This document shows, one piece after another, positions 1 to 11,484 of a stretch of 64,000 nucleotides of DNA (positions within the stretch are counted from its first letter, which is position 1; the number at the start of each line of letters is the position of its first letter). The notes beneath the pieces are model-generated. The model ran no database searches and was not told where the DNA came from. It saw nothing but the letters and a program-made list of their open reading frames with translations. A program made the translations under genes and the position numbers. Source of the DNA: Balanoglossus misakiensis (taxonomy: Eukaryota > Animalia > Hemichordata); NCBI GenBank assembly GCA_040954595.2, contig CM082577.2, forward strand, positions 6,250,301 through 6,314,300, written 5' to 3'.

Positions 1-128
1 GACTTGTACATCCACACAAAAGCTAAACCGCCAGGTGACTCAGCAGGGGCACCTATTCCAGGCTCTTACTCTGAGCCCTGGGGAGAGCAATATCCCAAGA
101 ATGAGAAAGGCTTCATTGAGATTTTCAG
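1..128 (+). CDS. FG-GAP/FAM234-like protein, internal exon (5' end outside window)
   Basis: Open frame from base 1 (DLYIHTKAKPPG...KGFIEIF), ending at donor TTCAG|GTGAG; phase 2 matches the acceptor at 320/321. Confidence 0.7.
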
Positions 129-320
129 GTGAGCATAATTACCGTTAGTGTGTTTGGGTGGTCTGAAAAAGAGGTTTTGTTTTCATAGGATGTACATGTT
201 AAGAGTTTCTTGGTGGACGAATGGAGTGTACGAGTGGAAATATGAGGCTTGACTAGATCAATCATGTATGCAGGAGTCTGGTTATGAATATTTTTTGAAC
301 GTTTTGTTGATTTCTCAAAG

Positions 321-494
321 GAGTGAAACTGAAATGGGAGTGATGGTACCCGTGGTGGTGGCTGATATGAATAATGACGACGTGGACGATATCATCATGT
401 GCGTCTTTGATGGCACCATAGTTGTGTATGATGGTAAAACACTAGACCCAATATGGACGACCGGTCACAGATTCCATGGATATCAGTTTTATAG
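321..494 (+). CDS. FG-GAP/FAM234-like protein exon
   Basis: Acceptor TTTCTCAAAG|G, donor TATAG|GTATGG. Encodes GVMVPVVVADMNNDDVDDII (FG-GAP-type DxNxDxxxD loop) and YDGKTLDPIW (propeller blade motif). Confidence 0.85.
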
Positions 495-723
495 GTATGG
501 AAAATACATGTCTGCATAACTTAGAATTGTTTTCAGTTTCTAAAACTATTTTCTTGATTTTGCTTCCCTGGTTTTTAAGAGGTTACTTCAGTTTTGCTTT
601 TTCTTGGAACGCTGCAATGGAAATTGACTATAATATGGGAATATCACATGACCATGTAGCTGACAAGTGAACTCTGAGGGCGCTGTGCTGATAAAAAAAC
701 TTGCCATACCTTGATTCTTTCAG

Positions 724-817
724 CATTCCAGCTCTCGGTTACTTTAATGACGATGAAACACTGGATGTGATGGTCCATCTAAACTTAGGAGAATGGGAAG
801 ACTACAATCTGACTATG
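724..817 (+). CDS. FG-GAP/FAM234-like protein exon
   Basis: Acceptor TTCTTTCAG|C, donor ATG|GTAAGT. Encodes (S)IPALGYFNDDETLDVMVHLNLGEWEDYNLTM with an FG-GAP-like GYFNDDxxLD loop. Phases fit both neighbours. Confidence 0.85.
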
Positions 818-1015
818 GTAAGTAAATAAATCTGCTGAAACTCTCTATTAAAGAACAGAAAACAGAGTACCCGAAAATGTTGTCGACTTGATTTGAATTG
901 AAGTGGCATGCATGTGGCAGCTGGACCCCAACGTTTGCACCCTCTGTCCAACGTTTGCACATAAAACACCACAGGAAGGATAAATATGACTCAATACTCC
1001 CTTTCCTCTTTGCAG

Positions 1016-1171
1016 CACACCGTCCTGGATGGTAAAACTGGAGAGATTCTGTGGAATCTGAAATCATCAAAGTACACTATGTCGTCGTCGCTTGTGGTAA
1101 AGACGGGGAATCACAAAGATGCCTTTGTTTTTGTTGTCCAAGGCAGAGAAGGCAACATAATAGATAGACAG
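1016..1171 (+). CDS. FG-GAP/FAM234-like protein exon (probable GC donor)
   Basis: Acceptor CTTTGCAG|CAC. Encodes HTVLDGKTGEILW...GNIIDRQ. Donor CAG|GCAAGT; a weaker GT donor at 1200/1201 is an alternative. Confidence 0.75.
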
Positions 1172-1336
1172 GCAAGTCATTATATAGATCATAGCATTAG
1201 GTGATTGCGTATGTACTGCTGATTGTTTTGTAAATGCCAGCAACAAAATGTTGCAGCTTTTTCAACTTGACACACACATACGAAATCAGAATATTAGAGG
1301 TGTGATTTTTTTCCCTGTCTGGACGTATCATATCAG

Positions 1337-1556
1337 ATACCTGCTAGGAGAACAGATCGCCATGGGGATGAAGACCAGACTGATGTTGCTGATGATGATG
1401 ATGATGATAATGATGATGATGATGAAGGGGAAAAACATTTGAAAGATTGCGAGCAAGTGGAAGGAGACTTCACAGGAGAAGTGTTTCTGATCGACAGAGA
1501 CTACAGCAAAACTCCAATCAAGATCCTAGAAGCAGAATCTGAGAAAATCAGATACA
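1337..1556 (+). CDS. FG-GAP/FAM234-like protein exon with poly-Asp tract
   Basis: Acceptor TATCAG|ATA, donor TACA|GTGAGT. Encodes IPARRTDRHGDEDQTDVADDDDDDNDDDDEGEKHLKDCEQ...EKIRY. Confidence 0.75.
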
Positions 1557-1946
1557 GTGAGTGTAATATCAGTCATCTCATAAGCTGTACTGAATTTTTC
1601 GGAAAAAAAGTATCAGTCTTCCTTCTGTTGGCTAAGTTGATCAAAAATAGAGTTTGCAGGTTTTTAAAATCTCCAATATACCTGAAACCGAACATGCATG
1701 GAAAAACAATGGAACAGAAAGATTTTGAATGTGCAGTGGTGTGTGTGATCGGAATGTGCCAGCAATAGCAAGCAACACGTGTGTTGAATCCTTCTGTGCC
1801 GCAAAGTTTTTCTGCTTGCCACGGACGAGATGTATCTGCGTTATGAAACAGTGATTCTAATATGATGTGTATGAGGGAAAGTTCAGTATTTTTCATAGGT
1901 TTGCTGGATGTTCATATCTCACTGTGTGTGATTCTCTCCCATGCAG

Positions 1947-2819
1947 ACATTGTGTACAGTAACATCATGGCCTATGGCGCAGTCCAGACTGGGAGCAACG
2001 CAGAAGAGAAAGAGGTCGACGTACAGATTGCGCACCGCACGATGCAGCAACTCTCCGAACACAACAGACAGATCGTCGAGAGCACCATGAAGCATATCCC
2101 ACAGAACGAAATCCAACAACTGCACATGCACATACAGCAATCATACAGTGATATATCAGTGTCTGAGGACGACATTCAAGACTTGATGGCGCTCTACGTT
2201 ATCCGGAATGTTTTACAAATGGGAGACGTCATTAGCTTTTCAGACCTTCCAGTGGAAAACCTCCGGACTCCGCCGTCTGGAAATACACAGGTCGGAGCAC
2301 CCACACAGAAGCCACCAGATGCACCGAAGCACACAACTGCAGGGTCACCAGAAGAACATACAACACGGCCACCACCAGCAAAAGTTATAACAGAAGCACA
2401 GAAGCTGTTAACAACAACCAGATCATCAGACAAATTGCCAGCGCAATCACTGGCAGAACGTGAAATGGAGACGCCAGAAAATAAAGTATCGACAATCTCA
2501 CCAGAAGAAAAGCAAACAAGTGGCCCAAGATCGCCATTGGACTTGAAACATTCCACACAAGGTGTACTAGTAGTACCTCAGCATCGTTCTGTAGCAACTC
2601 CACCATTGAGAGATCTTTACAAGAGACCAAACATCCCAACTCCCAAGGGACACTCAAACGGCCGACCCAGAGACAGCATGCCATCACGTCAACGGAGACA
2701 TGGTGATGGTGGAGGAGAGGGCATGATGATGATGATGGGTGGAGAGATCAACAAAACTGTTGTTATCAGTCCCGACGGAGACTTGTGCGTTCGGAAATCA
2801 GTGGTCATCAGACCAACAG
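1947..2819 (+). CDS. FG-GAP/FAM234-like protein, large exon with Pro/Thr/Ser-rich region
   Basis: Lies within ORF 1862-2944. Acceptor CTCTCCCATGCAG|AC, donor ACAG|GTATGA; phase 1 at both ends fits the neighbours. Confidence 0.8.
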
Positions 2820-3052
2820 GTATGAGTATGAGTTATTCACATGGTCCTGTAGTGTTTAATCTAAGCTGTGAAATCGTAGCTATTGCACAATCTGACAGCT
2901 CTGGCCCACAGCTGGGGTTTTGGGGTGTATTCAAGGCAAAGTGAGATGACAGCTAGACTATTGTATATCATTTCAAATCCCCCTCCATCTAATATTGTGG
3001 AAAATGCATATGCAACATTGATCTTATAATCGGATGTGATTTTGCCTTGCAG

Positions 3053-3375
3053 GTGCCATTGGTGAAATCGGGGGAGAATTATACTACTTTAGTTTGGTGG
3101 GATATGCCACAGCATTCTACGACAACAGAGGACAGTACATAGATTCCTTTCATGACTACAAAACTCAGGCCAGGAAGGTCAGCCTGTCCGACATGATCAA
3201 AACTGGAGAAATAGTGCAGTTGAAGGAGGAATATTTGACAGTCGCCGATGGTGTGCATGGTGATTTTGCAGATCCCACAAATCCGGAGGAGCACTTCACC
3301 TTTCTGCCATTCAGCTCCCAGCCCTGGCTTGGTTACATGGGAACACGTGGGGATGGTCACCTCAAGGAGAGATAG
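3053..3375 (+). CDS. FG-GAP/FAM234-like protein, terminal coding exon
   Basis: Acceptor TTTTGCCTTGCAG|GT. Encodes GAIGEIGGELYYFSLVGYAT...QPWLGYMGTRGDGHLKER-stop (TAG). Family assignment is from recalled motif resemblance, not a search. Confidence 0.8.
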
Positions 3376-6300
3376 ATACATATTTTATAGACACAGGGGA
3401 TTCGAGGCATATTGGTATCCTATTTGCAACATCAAATGGTGTGTTGACAGCAATAGGAATCGCATAGGGTGAGCTTTTGATGTCTTTGAATCCTGGGAGG
3501 GGTGATGTCATAAGTTACCTGGGGTCAGTGTTCAAAGGTTAAGTTATTACTTAGGTGCACAGTAGGATTAAAAGGGCGATGATTGTCTTATGCACATGTG
3601 CAAAACCAGAGTCTCTGGTTACAAAAATTGTATTTAACAGTCAATGCCATAAGGCAGTGTACAAACAAAATTACGCACACGTGCATGAGAAGATCAGCAT
3701 CCTTAAAATACAAGTGTGGAGCCTTAAAGTAGTGCCTGAAACTCAAGTCTTTTGTATAAAATTGTATATTTTGATAAAAACGTTACTAATCGGGTGACAG
3801 ATAATTAGGCAGTTTTTTTAATGCATTTGTAGCATTATTTAGAGAGATGTCCCCTTCAAAAGAGGATGTATCTTTGTTACAGAGTCTGTTGTAGGTTTGT
3901 TAACAATAACAATAACTCATATAGAGGGCTTACTTGAGAAGTTAGACTGAACATTTCATACAGCCATCCAGAGCAGCACATGTACAAGATTCCAGAGTTG
4001 GTACACAAGACTGGAAAATGCCTTGGTTTTCGTGCCAAGTACCTTAGTTTCTTTAAAGCATTAGAGTCTGATCTTCCAGTTGACTACATATGCAATAAAC
4101 TAATATTCATACTAGTTTTACTTTCAATTAGAGAGTATGAATTGCATTCTAAATGCAGAGTTGATCGTCTTTGAAAAATTCCTAGAGAGATGAACTTTTG
4201 GTGTAAAATATTTACGAAAATGTAAATTTGTCTCTGTGAGTTTGTTCCAATTGCTTGTTTCTTTAGCAGCAAAGCTGCTCACTTCTGTGTAAATGTGCCA
4301 CGGTGTAAATTTTGGGCCATTTTCTGTTTATTTTGGGCTTTAAGTTATGGGATGCCTGAATGTTGTTTCAATATCACACACTTCTCTATGAAAGGTCTTT
4401 CTACCTGTGTACATTTCATTCTCAGAGGTAATGTTTGTAGTCTGAGACTACTGATCAGTCATTTGCGACATGGATGAGGGGGGGGGGGGGGGAGTTGTGC
4501 GTGGTATCATTTCTCTTCAGGCTTATCATACACCACCTGGGGAGCCTATGTTTTCTTTTTGCTTATTTCAGTGGGTGGGAATTGTCAATGTAAAGATGCC
4601 TGAATACAATTATTTTTGAATAAAACTTTCAGACACTATCATACCCTGTCATTTATCATGTTTAAATGTTCTGCAAGCTTCTACGACGATAACTGAATGC
4701 AAGAACGGACATTTTGATTTTACAACTTCATTTTCCTCGCATTACAACTGAAGACGACCATGATCAATGACAACTTTTTCTAAACAGGAATCAGATGCCA
4801 GATCTGAACAATATCCAACTTGAAATGGCTACATATATGCTCATCTTGATCCTGTTTGTCATTTTCTCGTCCATATACCTTGAATCAATGGAGCACACAC
4901 GCAAGTATAAATATGGTGCACTGTTTTTATTTGTGCAAAGTTATTCAAAATTCCAGGAGTTTTTGCGATAAAAATGACATACATTTCAAGAAGTGTATTC
5001 AAAATCATTGACTTTTGACAATATCCAGGACTTTTTAAGAGTACTTTTTTCTGTGACTGAAGGATCTTGCAGGACTTGTTTCAAATTTCAAAACTTTTGC
5101 AGGAGTATGTGAACCCTGACAATGGGTCGGTATAGACTTGCAGTCAGGGGAGTCTGAAGTAATGTTTCAAGAACACTGCTGTAGTCAAGTCCAGCATGCA
5201 TCAATCAGGTTTGTTATACTGATAAGCCCTAAGATTTTCAAGATGAGCCCCTCTGGCATCACAGTACACTGCAAGTCAGTGGATATGGAATCTGCAAGAT
5301 CAAAACACAAAGAGTGAAACTAAGAGCTCTTGAATCACACTGGACAAACAAAAAACAGTGGTACAAATGAACGAGATGTGACCCAGCACCTTGCAGATGA
5401 CAAAAAACAAGTGATAAATGGTGACAAAATGGTATGCAAAATGGAGAGTTGACAAACTTTGTTCGGTGAAATTTAGAATTTTATTGGAGGTGCCATCTTG
5501 CCATCTGGGTGCTTGTCACAGCTGTGTGCATATCAAAACCTGTGGCTCAGATTCGGGATCAGGAAATCAGGGTCAAATGTAGAGAACAGGAAAAACTCCC
5601 GTTTCTCTACAATTCATTGAGAACATTAGTGTCATCATTGACAGGCTAGTATCACATCAGCCAAACTGATTGTCATTCAGATCAGTTTAAGGGCAGCATC
5701 TCGGATCATATTTCTTTTAGTTAGAGACATCTCTGGGCAAGCCAAGTCGGCCAACATGGCAGCTCCAATGTCCAAAGCCGAGTGGACTTCACTCACCTAA
5801 CAGACAGTGTTGTGTTGGTCTGTCATTTACCATCAGACGCATCAGTGAAATAAGCTTGCGAGTGGGTCTCCATTTCGGTGAAGCCAGCTCCATTCCTCAG
5901 CCATTCCCACTTTTCCACACACAGTCACTCCAAAGCTGGGGACAGGTGAGCGAGAATGAAAAAAAAGTTTACAATGCGTGCATTTCAGTTTATAGAAGCA
6001 GTTCCCTCTCTAACAAATAGTCGAAGATGGGATTTTGCAGATACGAACATTAGATTGAGTCTCATAAGTGCCCTTTGACTTGCATGGCACCGGAGATTTT
6101 GTGAATTTTCATGTGATGTCAGATTGTATTACATAAGTACATAGTATCTACAGAAAGATACTCACAATAGGTGTCAGAATACATATCATCATCCATACTT
6201 AATTTGCATTTCCCACAATGCAATTCACAAGGTACTCTCTTTCCCCCGGCCAAACAACCCATTTTTAAGCACTGGAATCCAAGCTTACTATTGAATAGAA

Positions 6301-6730
6301 TGAAAATATAAGCTCACTGAAGGGAGGGGAAAGAATCAGTGAAACAGGGATCATATGTGCTCATAGTCACTCAATATGCTACGCCTTTCCAGGGGTTTCG
6401 CCAAGTTTTCAAGAAGTTAGTTAAGGTCAATGCCATTTTCAAGGAGCAAGCACACTGTAAATTTGGTTGATAACATTTACATAATTGATATTTTTGGCAG
6501 CATGGGGACCAATCAGTTTCCAGAATTATGAACCCCTTTTCCAGGACCTGCACATATGAACCCTGTAAGGTATCAAAACACAGACAGACAGACATACCTT
6601 TACTTGTGGATACTGTCTCCTTCGCTGCTCTCTCATTTCTCTGATGACCCTGTGAAGGGTGAGATGGTAAAACACAGGTGAACCCTAGAACACTTCAAAG
6701 AATGGAAGAGTAAACATCTATTTGTTCAAG

Positions 6731-6824
6731 ACAAGTCTCAGGTGAGTAAGGATGTCTTCACATCAATTTCAGTTCTGGATAACTTGATTAAAAAAACATG
6801 ACAAATTTGGCTGTTCATCATCGA
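6731..6824 (+). repeat. Local duplication A, copy 1 (contains donor CAG|GTGAGT at 6741/6742)
   Basis: ACAAGTCTCAGGTGAGTAAGG...GGCTGTTCATCATCGAC recurs nearly identically at 8204-8292. Confidence 0.9.
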
Positions 6825-7284
6825 CAAGTCTGATACCTCTTATCCACATTAAAGTCGTTTCTTAAAACTTACCAGGTTTGGGAAATTTCTTCTGGTGATT
6901 TCTACCTCTCAACATGGATGACTGGAAGGGAAGAAAGAATTGTTGATAACCAATGCACTGGACTATGCTAACTAAACATTACTTTCCAGCTGCAAGGAGG
7001 GGGGTACCTGTTTGTATTTTACATTTCTCAATAGAGAAAATTTCTTTTCACCTTGGGCGCCTAACTATGAGTGGTAAAATACGCTATAGCTGACACTTAT
7101 TACATCGACTTGATGAGCTCTAATTTATACACAATCATATTTAGTTTAAAATGGCATGATATGACAGTGCACATTTTTCCTTTGTTGACCCAGGTGAAAA
7201 ACTACGAATGGCTAGATCTCAAGTTTACATGGTAAATGTGGCTGAATTTGCATAGGTGACTTTTCACAGTTGAAACAGATCCAA

Positions 7285-7371
7285 TATCTCAGTCTGACGT
7301 GCTGTATCCACATATCTGATATCTTTGAGATATCTTTTAAGACAGGGATAACTAAGTCATCATCATTGATA
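7285..7371 (+). repeat. Local duplication B, copy 1
   Basis: TATCTCAGTCTGACGTGCTG...AAGTCATCATCATTGATA is identical by eye to 8591-8677. Confidence 0.9.
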
Positions 7372-8203
7372 TATTTAACTGTCATTTTTAGTCATCCAGG
7401 AATTTCTGTGTGCCAAACTGCAGTTGAGAATTGACTCGAGTTTGAACTGAAACTGATATAACACCGGAAATAACATATATTATCCTTACCTGGGTTATGT
7501 CCAGGCCATGGAGTCTTTTGAATCAATAGTTGTCAGGCAACATCATCTGTGAAGAAGACATTTTACAAGATTAAAGAGGAATATCTCCCACGACACTCAG
7601 AAATGTTTATCACTGTACCTGCAAAGTTTCAGACAATCAAAACTGACATCACGACAGATTCAGGCCTATCAACTTTAAGTATTAAACATCACTAACTTTG
7701 CAAGTCATTCTGAAAGGACGCTTTCCAACAAAAGAGCAATTATTGTTGATTGAAGCGCTTCAGCAATTAATGTTAGAATGCACCATATCATTGCAATTAA
7801 CACATCCACAACTCCTGTGTGTGACTAAAATGCAAATTCTCTGATATGAATCATCATAATTATCCCATCCACTTAGAAATGCAATTATGTCTTACAATTT
7901 TTCATCATCTACGGATCGATTGGCTCAACTAATTCAACTACTTAATGTGCCTATACAGTAAAAAGTAATTTTGCAAATTGGTAAAATGCCTTGGTAAGAA
8001 CAAAATATTGTCACCAACACCAATTTGATTAAGATGTGCTATCATGCATATTACAATTATTAACAATAGAATACCTTCGCCTGAACCTCTGCACCAATCC
8101 ATGTAAACACTGTCAAGGTGAACCTAAAGGAGAGAAGACACAAAACCACAGTAAATATTGAATATCTGCAAGTTCCAAGACGAGTAAGCAACTCTATTTT
8201 GAC

Positions 8204-8292
8204 ACAAGTCTCAGGTGAGTAAGGAGGTCTTCACATAAATTTCAGTTCTGGATAACTTGATTAAAAAACATATTTGGCTGTTCATCATCGAC
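8204..8292 (+). repeat. Local duplication A, copy 2 (donor at 8214/8215)
   Basis: Near-identical to 6731-6824. Confidence 0.9.
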
Positions 8293-8590
8293 TTATGACT
8301 TGCAATATGATAAGCAAAAAATCTTTCAATGAAAGACATTTTTCATCTTACCCATGTGAAACTTGTGTTGCTCAACTGGCAGTTTCTAAACTGTCTTGCA
8401 CAGGCACTCCACTGCAAGTTTCATCCCTTGTTTGGCCATGTGGGAAACCTGGAATATGGCAAATAATTCAAAAGAAATGTAAAATACTAGTAGTAGGATA
8501 TAACTATACAAGATTACAAGCAACGTTCCAAACCAAGGAGCTTCACAGTATACTTGCGATGAACAAAACTTACTATGTACCAATTCTGTC

Positions 8591-8677
8591 TATCTCAGTC
8601 TGACGTGCTGTATCCACATATCTGATATCTTTGAGATATCTTTTAAGACAGGGATAACTAAGTCATCATCATTGATA
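8591..8677 (+). repeat. Local duplication B, copy 2
   Basis: Matches 7285-7371. Confidence 0.9.
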
Positions 8678-9039
8678 ATTACTTTAGTAGAAATGAAATG
8701 CATTTTCAATTAACAAGTGCAGTAGTTCTCCACAAGTCCTTTATATGAAAAAATATGCACATTTTAGGTACATGAAGATTTGTAGCAAGCTTTCCACTTC
8801 ATTGCAAATTAGTACATGCCCCTGCACAGCAGAAATGGCAGCCCCTAGCATTTAGGATTGTTGCATGCTGCATCGTTCAGTAAAACGCTTGTCTGACAAA
8901 ATTTAAGTTTATCTCTAGCAGTATGACTAGTTCATTTTGAGCCAGAAGTCGCCTAACACATGTCTAATACATGCCATAAAACTAGTTAGGATATCCCCAA
9001 AATGTACCGGTACTATTGCTATTACTGTCCCAGTGTCCC

Positions 9040-9545
9040 ACCGCCACCACGTAGAACTGGCCGACTTGTCGACCTGAACACACTTCAACTGCCTGGGTTT
9101 ATATACAATTTCAAAATTATCAAATCATGACAAATGTCACACTTTGTGAATGTCGTTTTAAAAACGATAGCCCTGCATCTAAAAGCATTGGCGACACACG
9201 TTCTATTCTACATTCAAACTATCATCCGTGTACCACACACGGCCCTGCACTTGACACGCACACGTGCGTCTTCGTCCTCGCTGACGAACACGTGTGCGTG
9301 TCACACATCCATGCATGGCCCATCAATGAAATGTGCTCGAATCCAATTTCGAGGTTAGTTTCGTGAAACGGAAATGAAGTAAAACAAACCTTGAATTACA
9401 AACATCCCCCGCAAAACACCCTCGGAAACCGTGGCCGTCAAATTACGGCACACGTCTGCAATTTTCGAGAGGCTCCGTGCCAGCACACCTCGACTTGTGG
9501 CTAGCTTCTTTCTGAATGGAAGGATATCTTTCTATCACGTGTCCA
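9040..9545. promoter_or_regulatory. CpG-enriched patch, candidate promoter/first exon upstream of Kir-a
   Basis: Locally frequent CpG and CACGTG E-boxes in a CpG-poor background; possible donor GAG|GTTAGT at 9353/9354. Confidence 0.35.
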
Positions 9546-11484
9546 CTGGCAATCTGGGTAGCAATGTTTTTTAAACAAAACACTTTTATTGTCATATATC
9601 ATGCATTTTATCATTCTAAAAATATCTAAATATCTAATTTACTTGAAAAAGCATCAAGATTTAGACTTCTTTATAAAACTTGTACTTTCGGCAGAATCTG
9701 GTCAGGTCAGAGGTCACCATCGAATGCAAACCTATGCTTTATATCTGGGACGAATATTATACTAGTCCTTGTCCCAGCTATAATCAAGATAAAAAAAGCG
9801 GACAAGTTTCTGGACAAACTGGAATTTAACAGTATTGCTAATTAAAATGTTTATATTTTTGAAGACTATTTTAATTCTGTTGTAAAAACAAACAAACAAA
9901 AAACAACAACAAACCATACAAAAAATGCTCAGTATTTTATTAATTATATTAAAAGGCCAGGAAAATTTAAATAAGAAATTAATAGTCAATAACTGGCAAG
10001 AGCTTGGATAAATATCAGTATTGAAATCAATCAGTTAATTCATTAAAGTAATATTTACCAATGTTTTAATATGCGTGAACACAAACAGCTTACATAATGT
10101 CATGACATTACGTTTGCAAGACCTTGAAAATGAAGCCAATTTTGGCTTTGGTGGTCCACTTTATAGAATCCATCCAAGAAACGGTTAATTGTGGCACAAC
10201 TTTATCAAAATGTTTCAAAAAGTGCAAGCTTTAAAAACAGTAAAAGATGGTTTTAAAAAAGTGGCGAGGTGTAGTGCAATCTTCTGGAGGGAAGATCAAC
10301 TGAAGACGCTTGCCCTATAGAATTCAAGTATGGAGTGACTCTCTAAACTCCACCAACATTGATTGCTTGGGATGTATTAGCGACTCAAAATCCATTTCAC
10401 TTGGATGGCAGATCCGAGTGTCTTTGTCATGTAAATTTCTCCCTAATCCATCTTTGTTTCTCTGCCGAAGCCACTATCACTTTTCATCAAAAATTTATAA
10501 CAGCAATGCACCGTTTGCATTTTGAGGGGGGTTCAACACCCAAGGTGTGGGGAAGCCACCGTTCAAATTTATGTTTTTCTCTAAAATCTGCACGCAAGAT
10601 AACCCAGCATCAGCGAGTGTTTCACTTTCTAAAAAAATGTGAAAAAACTTGCCAATTAATGCACTGAATAAAAGCATTGATCCGATTACCTGTGAGGATG
10701 CCAGAGAAAAAAAAATCCCATCTCCCTGGCTATTGGAATGGAATGTTCCAAAGAGACGATCAACAGTTCGGAATTATCACTGTTGATCAACTTTGTTGGT
10801 ATTGCAAAATTTGAGGACAAACTTCCGCAGAATACATTGATAACTGCTGCTGTTTGCAGGTCAAACCCGAGTCACTTCAGTCAGTATATGGTGAGTGTAT
10901 TTCTTGTTTGGTGGATTTGCTTTCTGTAAGCCTAGAAAATCCCCTGAATTGTCTTGACCAGTTTCTGGTGTCAGATGCCAACTGACAGTGTTTGTAAAAT
11001 GTGTCATTATGCCAGCTATAGAGTAACGGTAGGTCCATTTTAGTGCAGATCAAACTTTAGTATTTCAATTTAATGCCCACTATATGATTAAATAGCTCAC
11101 TTAGTGTTGATTAACAGTTTGAAATGATTTCCAGTCATAAAAACACACAGAAAACACTCCTGATGAAAATATGTAACCAGTTTTTAAATGCAATGCATAA
11201 CAATTGTCAATGATTTCTTTTCAAATTTAAACTACTCATTATTGATTTTCAAACCACAACAAATGCAACTTTCCCTGTTTTCCACCTTTATTTACTTATT
11301 TCTACGAGTAATAACTATCTTTCCCATCAGTTTCAGGTGTAGAAGTATAAAGAATCACAAGAAAAACTTGCTCAGATGTGGAAATTGCCACAAAAGTTGG
11401 CATCTTCGGCAGTCGGCAGTGTAGAAGGAAATATTGATTGGATGGTCATGAGTAACGGCCATAACGGCCATTACTGAAGGAGAC

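Noticed and set aside
1248-1442. Poly-Met ORF
   Set aside because: Wrong-frame reading of the GAT repeat, which encodes poly-Asp in the spliced exon.
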